Source: an uncultured Gemmatimonadota bacterium (lineage in GTDB: Bacteria > Gemmatimonadota > CAZMKB01 > CAZNLH01). From it: a stretch of 64,000 nucleotides of DNA. The notes beneath the pieces were generated by a model. That model saw nothing but the letters and a program-made list of their open reading frames with translations. It did no database searches and had not been told where the DNA came from. Positions 48,605 through 57,966 of this stretch are shown here, piece by piece (position 1 is the stretch's first letter; each line of letters begins with the position of its first letter). Location of the stretch: NCBI GenBank assembly GCA_964573995.1, contig CAZNLH010000005.1, positions 12,465 to 76,464 of the forward strand, written 5' to 3'. Both the position numbers and the translations under genes were made by a program.

Positions 48605-49105
48605 TCACTGCCAGCCCCTGAGATAATTCACCAGGCCCTCAAGCGCCAGGACATATCCGTACCATCCCAGTCCGCAGACAAGGCCGACTGAAATATCCGA
48701 TATAAGAGACTTCGACCTGAATGTCTCTCTCGAAAAGATATTGCTTATGTGCACCTCGACGAACGGGATAGAAACGGCGAGCAGGCAATCTCTAAGGGAG
48801 ACACTCGTGTGTGTCAGTCCGGCTGGATTGAGAATAATCCCTGATATTCTCCCTGCGGTGGCCTGGAGGTAGTCTATGAGTTCACCCTCGTGGTTCGACT
48901 GGAAGAACTCCACCGGCACGTTTAATTCTATTGCCCTATCGCGGACTCGCTTTTCTATCCCCCCGAGGTCGATATCACCATATATCGACACCTCACGCAT
49001 GCCCAACAGGTTCAAGGAAGGGCCGTTGACGATTGCGATCCTTTCCACGGGATTGTCGGCCGGGCATTCAGGCCTCCCACTCATTTCCTGAGATTCTTCA
49101 ACCAC
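48605..49105 (-). CDS. aroQ: type II 3-dehydroquinate dehydratase
   Basis: 166 aa. ..IAIVNGPSLNLLGMRE..IYGD.., HISNIFSRE.. Confidence 0.8.
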   Translation of the reverse strand: MVEESQEMSGRPECPADNPVERIAIVNGPSLNLLGMREVSIYGDIDLGGIEKRVRDRAIELNVPVEFFQSNHEGELIDYLQATAGRISGIILNPAGLTHTSVSLRDCLLAVSIPFVEVHISNIFSRETFRSKSLISDISVGLVCGLGWYGYVLALEGLVNYLRGWQ

Positions 49106-50325
49106 CTCCTGAACTCCTCGAATTCGACGTCCACTCCCCTCTCCATGACCTCTTCATCGCCTTCATCCAACTCCACTTCTCGCCGAACAGGGCCCCACTC
49201 TGTCTCCTCCGAAGCGTCCTCTTCACTCATGGGGGCAATTTGTTCAAATTTCAGATAAGGCCCGACCCTTTCGATCATCTTCCTCCCGAGACTCGGCACA
49301 CGCTCCAGGTCCCGAATGGATTCGAAGGGGCCGTTCCTTTCCCTTTCAACTATGATCTTTTGGGCAATAACCGGACCAACCCCGGGTATGGTTTCAAGTT
49401 CGATCTGGCCGGCTTCATTGATACTGACCGTCTTTTTCGACTCGACATCGCCGTAGCTCCCACCCGGGGGTCCCACAGATTCGCATTCGTCCTCTCCGCA
49501 GATGTCATGGACAGTGTCCGGCTTATCTTCTGTCTCCTCCGTTATCCTCCCCGGCTCACCATCCGTACCCGTGGATAACCGATGCTCCAGTTCGGCAATC
49601 CGTTTCCTGACCTCTTCATTCGCCGGATCCTGTGAGATGATCTTCCTGTAAATCTGGAGGGCCCGCTCGAAAAAACCCTGTCGCGCGTAGATATCCGCCA
49701 GAGTTATTGTCTCCAGGGAATCTCCCTCTTCAAGGTCCTCATCATCTACCGGAGAATCACCGGTTATCCCAGCGCCGGTAGCCGTCTCTTCCCCCCCCTC
49801 ACAACCATCCTTGACGACATAATCCGGGTGCTCGGGAACTGGAACCCTCTCTCCACCCATCATCTCAGCCGTCGCACCCGTCTGCCGATCCCGCAACGAG
49901 ACCTCGATTTCACTTAGGGCCAGGCGCATCTCCTCATCTCCGGGAAATTCATCAAGATACGACCGGAACCACCCACGCGAGGCCTCCAGGTCTCCCAGGC
50001 GCCGGGATATCTCTCCCAACGCCTTCAACGCAACCAGGTTCCCGGCATCCAGGTCGAGTACGCCAAGATATTCCTCTCTTGCCTTTTCAAGGTCTCCCTG
50101 TTCTACATAACACCTCGCCAGAAGGACCCTGGCACTGACGTACCTTGGGTGACGCTGCAGGCCCCGCAACAGGATGTCTATTGCCTTCTCCACGAGGCCC
50201 GCCTTGCGGTAACGATCCGCGAGCGGTGCAAACAGGCGTGAAGATGGGTTGCCTTTCACCTTTTCTTCAATATCCCTGTCCATTCGACTACCCCGTTGGC
50301 CCCCCCGAGACAGGATGAGACCCAT
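49081..50325 (-). CDS. TPR-repeat protein with C-terminal ComEA-like helix-hairpin-helix DNA-binding module and acidic tails
   Basis: 414 aa. TPR helices in residues ~40-150. Asp/Glu-rich linker. HhH module ..TIPGVGPVIAQKIIVERERNGPFESIRDLERVPSLGRKMIERV... Acidic C-terminus. Confidence 0.55.
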   Translation of the reverse strand: MGLILSRGGQRGSRMDRDIEEKVKGNPSSRLFAPLADRYRKAGLVEKAIDILLRGLQRHPRYVSARVLLARCYVEQGDLEKAREEYLGVLDLDAGNLVALKALGEISRRLGDLEASRGWFRSYLDEFPGDEEMRLALSEIEVSLRDRQTGATAEMMGGERVPVPEHPDYVVKDGCEGGEETATGAGITGDSPVDDEDLEEGDSLETITLADIYARQGFFERALQIYRKIISQDPANEEVRKRIAELEHRLSTGTDGEPGRITEETEDKPDTVHDICGEDECESVGPPGGSYGDVESKKTVSINEAGQIELETIPGVGPVIAQKIIVERERNGPFESIRDLERVPSLGRKMIERVGPYLKFEQIAPMSEEDASEETEWGPVRREVELDEGDEEVMERGVDVEFEEFRRWLKNLRK

Positions 50326-50345
50326 ATAAAAATGGGTGCGGATCC

Positions 50346-51440
50346 CTATTCCCGTAAGTCATCCAACACCTTCAAAATTATAGGCTTCTCCCCTTTTACA
50401 CCTCGAATTATAACAGAGCCGAAGCCCTTTGTCAATACAAAATTGATATCCCCTCCCTCCCGCTTCTTGTCCATCTCTATGTATGCCCAGAGATCCTCGG
50501 GCTCCACCCCTCCAAGGTTCCAGGAGAGAGGCAGTCCGTAACCCGTCAATATGGATTCGAGCCGCAGGACATCGGCCTCATCCAGCATTCCAAGCCTCGA
50601 CGAGATTAGAAATGCCCCTCTCATCCCGATGGAAATGGACTCTCCATGGGAATAATGGGAATAAGAGCCTGCAGCCTCGAGGGCATGCCCGATGGTGTGG
50701 CCCAGGTTGAGATACGCCCGTATCCCCTCGTCACGCTCATCCTTCTCTACGATCCCCACCTTAAACCGGCAACAACGCGAGACGATCTCCTCCAGACGGC
50801 CACTCTCCTTCTCGATGATCTCATTACGCCATTCTTCAAGGTATTCCAGAAAATCCGGTCCGTCCAGCACGGCGTACTTTATTACTTCGGCCATACCGTC
50901 CAGGAAGACACGAGGGGGAAGGGTATCAATGAAATCCAGGTCGGTGAAGACAGCCGAAGGCTGATGGAATGTGCCGATAAGGTTCTTGCCACATGGGAGA
51001 TTGACACCGTTCTTACCACCAATAGAACTGTCCACCCCGGCCAGGAGGGTGGTGGGAACGCAGACAAGACGAATCCCTCTCATGAAGGTGGAAGCAGCGA
51101 AACCGGCGAGATCTCCGACGACTCCGCCCCCAATGGAGAGCACGGTCGAACCCCGGTCCATGGCCGACCGGGCCATGGCCTCGTAACAACGGATCAAGGA
51201 CTCGATCGATTTGTCCTTCTCAGTCCCCTCCAGAATCAACCTGCAGACCTCGATGCCACTCCTCCTCAGACATCGGTCGACGGCCGGGAAACAGGCCTTC
51301 GATACGTTGCGGTCCATGATCGCCAGCACCTTGCCCCCCCCTGCAAGGCACGATGTGAACGCAGGAAAGTCGCCCTCGAAAAGGCCGTTTCCTATGAATA
51401 TCGGGTATCGCCTACCCGTCAGATTGACTTCGACCTTCAA
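50346..51440 (-). CDS. aroB: 3-dehydroquinate synthase
   Basis: 364 aa. GGGVVGDLAGFAASTFMRGI, ..GHTIGHALE.. metal/NAD motifs. Confidence 0.85.
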   Translation of the reverse strand: MKVEVNLTGRRYPIFIGNGLFEGDFPAFTSCLAGGGKVLAIMDRNVSKACFPAVDRCLRRSGIEVCRLILEGTEKDKSIESLIRCYEAMARSAMDRGSTVLSIGGGVVGDLAGFAASTFMRGIRLVCVPTTLLAGVDSSIGGKNGVNLPCGKNLIGTFHQPSAVFTDLDFIDTLPPRVFLDGMAEVIKYAVLDGPDFLEYLEEWRNEIIEKESGRLEEIVSRCCRFKVGIVEKDERDEGIRAYLNLGHTIGHALEAAGSYSHYSHGESISIGMRGAFLISSRLGMLDEADVLRLESILTGYGLPLSWNLGGVEPEDLWAYIEMDKKREGGDINFVLTKGFGSVIIRGVKGEKPIILKVLDDLRE

Positions 51441-51984
51441 GGTAACTCCTCCATGACCTCCGGTTGACTTACACCTGGCGACGAGCCGGGCTATTCACCA
51501 TGGTAAAAACTACCCCTTCCGCCTCGGTCAAGTCAAGGGGAGGACGATCCACAGGAATTACCCTGGTTCTATCGATAACTCTTCCTGTGTCTCGTATCTT
51601 CCGGCGCGAGAGGAAGAGGGGGAATTGCTGCGTGGAAACGGGGAACATGGGGTCTCTTCCCATTGTCTCAATCCGATAGGGATGCACCGATCAGGCTCCC
51701 GGAACAGGGAAAGATTATTACCAAGGGGGCTGTTCGGCGCCATGACGTCTCATCTTTTCGGTAAATCGAAGATGGCCCCTTCTGTGATGCGTCGAAAAAA
51801 CCGGAGGGACTCATGTGGGCTTTCCTTATTGACAGTACGGGGCAAACTTTCAATATTTTAGTGAAGTGGAGTTCGGAGTTCATATTGTGATGAGGTGAAT
51901 AGACATATGCATTGCCATTTCTCTTTCCCTAAGTGTGACCCCCCAAGACACGACGCAACGAGTGTTGCTCAGGAGGGTGATTAG
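51441..51984. promoter_or_regulatory. 544-bp divergent intergenic region between aroB (-) and rrf2 (+)
   Basis: Long non-coding gap with no convincing ORF. Presumably carries both promoters and potentially an Rrf2 operator or leader RNA. Confidence 0.3.
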
Positions 51985-52395
51985 ATGAGGCTCTCTCGAA
52001 AAGCGGATTATGCGGTCCGCGCCATGGTCGACCTGGCTGCCCGACCAGTCGGTGATCGTGTCCCGATTCATGACGTCGCAGTCCGCCAGGAAATCCCGTA
52101 CACCTTTCTGCCGAGGATCATTCCAGATCTCGTGAGGTGCGGCCTGTTGAAATCCTACCGCGGTGCAAACGGTGGGGTTGCACTCGCCCGCTCGCCTGAT
52201 GAGATCTCGGTCCTGAAGGTCATCGAGGCGGCGGAAGGCCCATTGACACTGAACCGGTGCACGGCCCATCCGAGTGAATGCGACAGGGAGGCAATCTGTC
52301 CACAACTCAAGTTGTGGGAAAGAGTCCAGGAGGATCTTGATCAGACCCTCGCTTCCATGACCTTGGCGGATCTCGTAAACAACAAGATGAAATAA
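51985..52395 (+). CDS. Rrf2-family transcriptional regulator with Cx6Cx5C putative Fe-S ligand triad
   Basis: 136 aa. N-terminal wHTH MRLSRKADYAVRAMVDLA. Cys triad ..NRCTAHPSECDREAICP... Confidence 0.8.
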   Translation: MRLSRKADYAVRAMVDLAARPVGDRVPIHDVAVRQEIPYTFLPRIIPDLVRCGLLKSYRGANGGVALARSPDEISVLKVIEAAEGPLTLNRCTAHPSECDREAICPQLKLWERVQEDLDQTLASMTLADLVNNKMK

Positions 52396-52485
52396 GAAAA
52401 CGGGGATATCCCACCTGCCATTGACTTGATTTTACCGGGTGCAATCGATATCTTTTAGGTTCTTTCACACGCACACGCGCCCGGG

Positions 52486-54426
52486 ATGATGTCTGTATAC
52501 ATCCGGACACCAGTTTTTAACGCACTACATCAACAAGGATCCCGCAAGATGATGCAACTTCTCAGAAAAAAGACGAAGATCATCATGATCATCGTCGCAG
52601 CGGCCTTTCTCGTCGGCTTCATCTTTCTTCAACTCGGGGTCGGTACTGGCTCGAGGACGAACCGCCAGACGGTCGCCACCAACATCGGAGAAATAAACGG
52701 GGTGGAGATCTCTTACAATGACTTTTACGACCTGCAGAATAACATGGCCCAGCAACTCAAGAATCAGGGCAAAGACGACCTGTCGCAGGAGGACTACGAT
52801 CGGATCGAGGAGCAGACCTGGGACCAACTCGTCTTCCAGATCCTCATACAACAGGAAATCAAGCGAAGGGGGATCACGGTCAGCGACGAAGAAGTAAGAG
52901 ACTACCTTCTCAACAACCCTCCCGATTTCATCCGCTCGAACGAGAATTTTCAGGTGGACGGCAAGTTCAGCCAGGAACAATACGAGGCGATCCTCAACGC
53001 TCCGGAAAACAGGCAATTCGCGGCCAACTTGGAATCATGGGTTCGCCAGACGCTGCCACAGATAAAACTCAGCAAGCAGATAACCGAGGGCATTCATTTC
53101 TCTGATTCCGCCCTGTTGCAGGAATACAAAGAGAGGGAAGAGAAGGTCAAAGTCGGTTACGTCTTCTTCGATCCTTCCTCCCTGGAAGGCGAAGATGAAT
53201 CTCAGGCCAAGGACGGGGGGGAGGAACTGCTGCCACGGGAAAATAATCCATACCAGCCCACTTTGAAAGAGATCCGGTCATATTACGATGCACACAAGAA
53301 GGAATTCTCCGACCCTGAGAGGGCAGTCCTCCAGTATATCAAACTGTCGGTGAACCCGACTTCCAAGGATACTACCGAGGCCAGGAAAAAGGCTCTTGCC
53401 CTGGCCGAGAGGAGCCGCAAGGGAGAAGACTTCAGCGGCCTCGCCAAGGAATATTCGGACGACGTGGCTACAGCAGATAAGGGCGGGGACCTGGGGTACA
53501 TCAAAAAGGGAGAGATGCTACCAGCGCTCGAAAAGGCGGCATTTTCAATGAAGACAGGCGAGACATCCGACCCGATTCTCACGCCACGGGGATGGCATAT
53601 CCTACGGGTAGAAGACCGGCGTGGTAGGGATAATAATAAGGAAGTGCAGGTACGGCACATACTGATACCAATTCGAACCAGCCTGGCCACCCGTGACAGT
53701 ATCTACGGCATAGTCCGGAATATTCTCGGGGATATACGTGATAACCAGTCTGACTTCGAGGCGGTTACCGCTCTCCAGCAAGTACCGGTAAAGACAACCA
53801 ACCCCTTCACTAAAAATGACTTCCTCCCCGAACTCGGGCCCATTTCGAGAGAGGCGTCGAGTTTCGCGTTTTCCCAGGATGTCGGCGCCGTAAGCCAATC
53901 CATCACCCGCATGGGCCAGGTCTTCGTATTGCGAATAAGCAGGAAGATCCCCGAGAGGATAAGACCGTTGGAAGAGGTACAGGGCAATATAGAGGACCTC
54001 CTGTCGAGGGAGAAAAAGATGGCGGTCCTGATCGAGAAGGCCTCGAAACTCTTGTCGGAAGCGAAGGAGTACGGGAGCCTGAAGGCGGCAGCCGCTTCAG
54101 AAGGAGACAAGTACCACGAACCTCCGCCCTTCACCCTCCGGGATCGCGTCCCCGGGGTCGGCCAAGACAATACCTTTATCGGATACGCCCATGGCCTGCC
54201 TGTAGGGACAATCGGCGGCCCTGTCAGGACGGACCGTGGCTGCTACCTGATCGAAGTTCTCGAGAGAAAGGGAGTCGACATGGCCGAGTTCGAGAAGGCC
54301 AAGGAGGATCTGCGCAAGGAACTGGTCAACCGGGCCAAGTCGACCGCGTTCGAGCGGTGGTACACCTCGCTCCTCCAGGAGGCCAAGATCGAGGACAACA
54401 GGCTCCTTTTAGGATACAGCGGATAA
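52486..54426 (+). CDS. ppiD: membrane-anchored periplasmic chaperone / parvulin-type PPIase (PpiD/SurA-like)
   Basis: 646 aa. N-terminal TM (KIIMIIVAAAFLVGFIF). SurA-like N-domain. Parvulin domain ..GGDLGYIKKGEMLPALEKAAFSMKTGETSDPILTPRGWHILRVEDRR... Confidence 0.65.
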   Translation: MMSVYIRTPVFNALHQQGSRKMMQLLRKKTKIIMIIVAAAFLVGFIFLQLGVGTGSRTNRQTVATNIGEINGVEISYNDFYDLQNNMAQQLKNQGKDDLSQEDYDRIEEQTWDQLVFQILIQQEIKRRGITVSDEEVRDYLLNNPPDFIRSNENFQVDGKFSQEQYEAILNAPENRQFAANLESWVRQTLPQIKLSKQITEGIHFSDSALLQEYKEREEKVKVGYVFFDPSSLEGEDESQAKDGGEELLPRENNPYQPTLKEIRSYYDAHKKEFSDPERAVLQYIKLSVNPTSKDTTEARKKALALAERSRKGEDFSGLAKEYSDDVATADKGGDLGYIKKGEMLPALEKAAFSMKTGETSDPILTPRGWHILRVEDRRGRDNNKEVQVRHILIPIRTSLATRDSIYGIVRNILGDIRDNQSDFEAVTALQQVPVKTTNPFTKNDFLPELGPISREASSFAFSQDVGAVSQSITRMGQVFVLRISRKIPERIRPLEEVQGNIEDLLSREKKMAVLIEKASKLLSEAKEYGSLKAAAASEGDKYHEPPPFTLRDRVPGVGQDNTFIGYAHGLPVGTIGGPVRTDRGCYLIEVLERKGVDMAEFEKAKEDLRKELVNRAKSTAFERWYTSLLQEAKIEDNRLLLGYSG

Positions 54427-54598
54427 GGGACCCTCTCCACAAAGTACCTGCGTCATTCAGGCATGTCCTGCCCCGTTATTCAACATCACCGGCAAGTGAG
54501 CCATCCATCCGCCCGGGCCACAATCGGCCGATTCCCGACGCGTTTGTCTACGCCTCACTTGTGGGAATGACGGAGGGATGTTGTCTGGATAAGGCCAT

Positions 54599-55102
54599 TC
54601 AGACCTCAGGGTCCTTCCGCTTCGTGAAATATAGGATATCCGGGTGGTGCCTGTACCCCAGCCTCTCGAACACCTCCATCGAGACCTTGTTCCACCCCTC
54701 GATCAGGCAGGCCGTGATCTCGATACCCCGGGCCCCCAGGTGCCTCTCGACCTCGGCCACAAGACGGCCGGCAATCCCCCTCTTCCTGTAGGCAGGCGAG
54801 ACCGCGAGCCGGTTGATCCAACCCTTTCGGCCGTCATGCGTCCCGAAGACAGATCCTACGATGCGGCCGTCCGCCACGGCAACCAGGAAAACGGCGTTAT
54901 CTCCCCCTATCTCCCGCGCGATACGTTCCTTCCGGTCCCTCCCCAACGGCCTGTAAGAAAGGAGCGATTCGTCCCACAATCTTACGAGTTCGTCGTAATC
55001 ACCGATCTCAAACTCCCGAATGCTTATTTCCTGTTCAAGACTCTGATCTGGTTTCATCCCTATCATCCGCCGGCCCCGGTGAGTCTTCACTCTCTCCTCC
55101 AC
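54599..55102 (-). CDS. GNAT-family N-acetyltransferase
   Basis: 167 aa. Acetyl-CoA motif A ..VSPAYRKRGIAGRLV... Confidence 0.7.
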   Translation of the reverse strand: MEERVKTHRGRRMIGMKPDQSLEQEISIREFEIGDYDELVRLWDESLLSYRPLGRDRKERIAREIGGDNAVFLVAVADGRIVGSVFGTHDGRKGWINRLAVSPAYRKRGIAGRLVAEVERHLGARGIEITACLIEGWNKVSMEVFERLGYRHHPDILYFTKRKDPEV

Positions 55103-55472
55103 CCGAGCCGTCCGTCATGTTATCATCCTCAAGGACCTCTATATAGCAGGACTCTTCAACCCCTCGATCGCCCGGATGGAGAAGGGCCTGAAATCTCCGC
55201 CATAGCCCCTCTATCTCTGGATCGGAGTTGATCAGGTCTACACTCTCCCTGTAAGATGACTCGTCCTCATACCAGTGAATCTCCATCCATCGCTCACCAT
55301 CTTCCACATCCGCCAGGAAGACCGCCCGGTACCGAACATACCTGCTGTATACCCGGCCCACCAGTTGTTGAATCGAGAGGAACTCGGCCCGCCTCTCCGG
55401 TCGTATCCGATAACGATAGACCTTCACGAACATCGCTCGCTCCTGCCATCCGGTGAATACGCTACTGGTCAT
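55035..55472 (-). CDS. small hypothetical protein (ABM/Dabb-like ferredoxin-fold candidate with acidic C-tail)
   Basis: ~133-145 aa. MFVKVYRYRIRPERRAEFL.. beta-alpha-beta start. Disordered Asp/Glu/Gly tail. Annotated overlap with GNAT gene shrinks if internal starts are used. Confidence 0.35.
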   Translation of the reverse strand: MTSSVFTGWQERAMFVKVYRYRIRPERRAEFLSIQQLVGRVYSRYVRYRAVFLADVEDGERWMEIHWYEDESSYRESVDLINSDPEIEGLWRRFQALLHPGDRGVEESCYIEVLEDDNMTDGSGGGESEDSPGPADDRDETRSES

Positions 55473-55605
55473 TCCACACTGCTATCTATACAAGGAATGC
55501 CGAGAGGCGCACGGTCAGATATGGGCGAGATATCGGCGGGGTTCGAAGGTTGGGTAGGGACTATCTTCAGGCATTACACTCGATCAGCCTAGGCCGCATC
55601 GGGCA

Positions 55606-56163
55606 TCACCTGCGCCGGTATCTTCCCATCAACACACCGTCAGCGATGACATGACCTTCCATGGCCTTCATCAATTCTTCCCTCGTCGCCCCCGCCTCCA
55701 ACGGTATGATGGTGTCGAGGGCATAGAGCCTGAAGAAATAGCGATGACTGCCTCGCGGGGGGCACGGTCCACCGTAACCGATCCGGTGAAAGTCGTTCAA
55801 CCCCTGTTTTGCTCCACCCTCCAGCGTCTTCACGCCCGGGACGGCCTCCCGGAATCCATCGAGGCCTGGGGGGATGTCGAAAACAACCCAGTGGATCCAG
55901 GTCCCCGCGGGCGCGTCCGGGTCTTCACATACAAGGGACAGGCTCCGGGTCCCTTGCGGGATGCCCGACCAGTGGATGGGAGGTGAGATATCCTCCCCGT
56001 CACAGGTGTATCGTACCGGTATAAGGCCCCCACCTTCGAACGCCTCGCTTACCACCAGGACCGGGCTCTGTCCCCCTTCCGTCTTGGAAGGCGGCCCTTT
56101 CCCGCCCTGGCATGCACTCATCAAGGCGAGCATCGCCGGAATGTACCGGCTGAACTGAAGCAT
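55606..56163 (-). CDS. YbhB/YbcL-family PEBP (Raf-kinase-inhibitor-like) lipoprotein
   Basis: 185 aa. Lipobox LMSAC. ..YTCDGEDISPPIHWSGIP..SLSLVCEDPDAPAGTWIHWVVFDIP.. and ..YGGPCPPRGSHRYFFRLYALD... Confidence 0.75.
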   Translation of the reverse strand: MLQFSRYIPAMLALMSACQGGKGPPSKTEGGQSPVLVVSEAFEGGGLIPVRYTCDGEDISPPIHWSGIPQGTRSLSLVCEDPDAPAGTWIHWVVFDIPPGLDGFREAVPGVKTLEGGAKQGLNDFHRIGYGGPCPPRGSHRYFFRLYALDTIIPLEAGATREELMKAMEGHVIADGVLMGRYRRR

Positions 56164-56309
56164 CGTCTCTCTCCCGTCCTGATGTCAACTGTATAAAATA
56201 GTATCCCGGCGCGGCGCTTTGATGAAATCACGTGACCCGCGAAGCCGTTGCGACCGATCGGGCGGCTGAGGGATCCCCGGAAGAAGGGAAGGCATCATCT
56301 CAGATAGGT

Positions 56310-56525
56310 TCACTCGGTCTTGTCCTTTATCTCCTTCTTTTCCTCTTTCTTCACCGTCCCATCGGGGACCTGGTTGATCTCCGACTCTATATCCTTTATC
56401 CCCTTCTTGAACTCGGTTACGCCCTTTCCAAAAGACCTCATCACCTCAGGAATTCGTTTCGCGCCGAATAGAAGGAGGATGACGAGGAGGATGACGAGCA
56501 ATTCGTTGATCCCCAGACCGAACAT
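56310..56525 (-). CDS. tatA: twin-arginine translocase subunit TatA/E
   Basis: 71 aa. MFGLGINELLVILLVILLLFGAKRIPEVMRSFGKGVTEFKKG (TM + amphipathic helix with FGxxxLP). Confidence 0.8.
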   Translation of the reverse strand: MFGLGINELLVILLVILLLFGAKRIPEVMRSFGKGVTEFKKGIKDIESEINQVPDGTVKKEEKKEIKDKTE

Positions 56526-56548
56526 GGTTACCTCCAGGAACGATATTA

Positions 56549-56842
56549 TTAAAGGAATTCCCTAAAGAGATAGGCCGCAATCAGGAGGCCTACCAGGCTC
56601 ATCACGTTCAACCTTACGGCCATACCGGCACTGAGCCTCAGGACGATCAGATCCAGCGTTCCGGGGTCGCCCGGTCCCCCCACGGCTCCAACGCTTGGAT
56701 TTACCGTCGCCGTGAAGAAGTCCTTGACCACTCCCTCGGGAATGGGGAGGACCGCGATCAATTCACCCAGGAGTCCCCCCAAGATAAGCCCCGCAACCAG
56801 AACCGCGATATAAGTGCCGAGTTTCTTCCTACGATAGGTCAA
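56549..56842 (-). CDS. small membrane protein, DUF4321-like
   Basis: 97 aa. Two hydrophobic helices (LILGGLLGELIAVLP.. / ..LVGLLIAAYLF) separated by a Gly/Pro loop. Recalled resemblance to DUF4321 family. Confidence 0.45.
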   Translation of the reverse strand: MTYRRKKLGTYIAVLVAGLILGGLLGELIAVLPIPEGVVKDFFTATVNPSVGAVGGPGDPGTLDLIVLRLSAGMAVRLNVMSLVGLLIAAYLFREFL

Positions 56843-56886
56843 CTAACTCACTCCGGAGCCCCCTGGCAAGACCCATCTTGATTACT

Positions 56887-57825
56887 TCACTCCACCACGT
56901 ATTTGACACAGGCGAGCAAGGCCTCCTTGACGTGAGATAGTGGAATCCCCTGCAGGTGACTCTCCGCGCGCGCGCCGAATTCAATTGCGCAACTCCTGGC
57001 ATAGTCGAAACCATTGGTCTTCAGGACCATTTCATAAACGGCGGAGACGTCTTCATCCCTGATTTCATCCCGATTGAAGATTGCCTCTATCTCGTCGCGC
57101 TGCCCGGGCCCCATCTCTCTCAAGGCCTGAATCAGCGGCAGGGTGACTTTCCTCTCCCTGATATCGTTTCCCACCAACTTCCCCATCACATCCTCGTGAC
57201 CCATGTAATCCGCTATGTCATCGGCGATCTGAAAGGCCATTCCCAGGTCTTCCCCATACTTGCGCAGAGTATCTCGATACCTTCTTGGGCCAAGAAGTGC
57301 TCCCACCTCGCACGACGCGGCCAGGAGGGAGGCCGTCTTGTCAGATATCATGTCGTAATAATCCTTCTCCGTGATGTCGAGTGACCCCGACAGGCGAATC
57401 TCTTTCATCTCCCCCAGTGCTATCCGACGGCTTGCGTTGGACATGACCTGCAAGACATCCCTGTCTCCCACCTGGACCATCTCCGTCAACGATCTCGAAT
57501 AGAGGTAATCCCCCATGATTATGGAGACCTGGTCGTTCCAACGATAATTCAGCGTCTGAAGACCCCGCCGGAGCGTGGCACGGTCGATGGTATCGTCGTG
57601 GATGAGGGTCGCCGTATGAATCATCTCGACCACGAGGGCCATTGAAAGTAGGGCCTGGTCGCCGTCCCTCTCGCCTTCCAGTTGTCCGCACAGGATCAAT
57701 AGCATCGGCCTGAAGAGTTTGCCCCTCATCTGGATTACATGACCGGCCACGTCGGCCACGAAGGGGAAATCGGCGATCACTATCTCCTTCAGGCGATTCC
57801 GTACCTCCTGCAGGCGATCCTCCAC
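56887..57825 (-). CDS. ispB: long-chain all-trans polyprenyl-diphosphate synthase
   Basis: 312 aa. First DDxxD (LIHDDTIDRATLRRG) and second DDxxD (FQIADDIADY) motifs. Confidence 0.8.
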   Translation of the reverse strand: MEDRLQEVRNRLKEIVIADFPFVADVAGHVIQMRGKLFRPMLLILCGQLEGERDGDQALLSMALVVEMIHTATLIHDDTIDRATLRRGLQTLNYRWNDQVSIIMGDYLYSRSLTEMVQVGDRDVLQVMSNASRRIALGEMKEIRLSGSLDITEKDYYDMISDKTASLLAASCEVGALLGPRRYRDTLRKYGEDLGMAFQIADDIADYMGHEDVMGKLVGNDIRERKVTLPLIQALREMGPGQRDEIEAIFNRDEIRDEDVSAVYEMVLKTNGFDYARSCAIEFGARAESHLQGIPLSHVKEALLACVKYVVE

Positions 57826-57966
57826 CGGTGCCTGTATTTCGTCTAACCTAACGCCCTGTAAAATATTAAGGCTCTCCTTTCCAAACGACGATCAACCCCT
57901 CGAAAACTTAATACCGGCTCACCGAAAAGTCAATTGAAAGGGTAGGTTCGCCCGGCCGATCTCACT

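Noticed and set aside
51880-52305. 141-aa minus-strand ORF overlapping the rrf2 gene
   Set aside because: Antisense to a clear wHTH Rrf2 protein. No motif.
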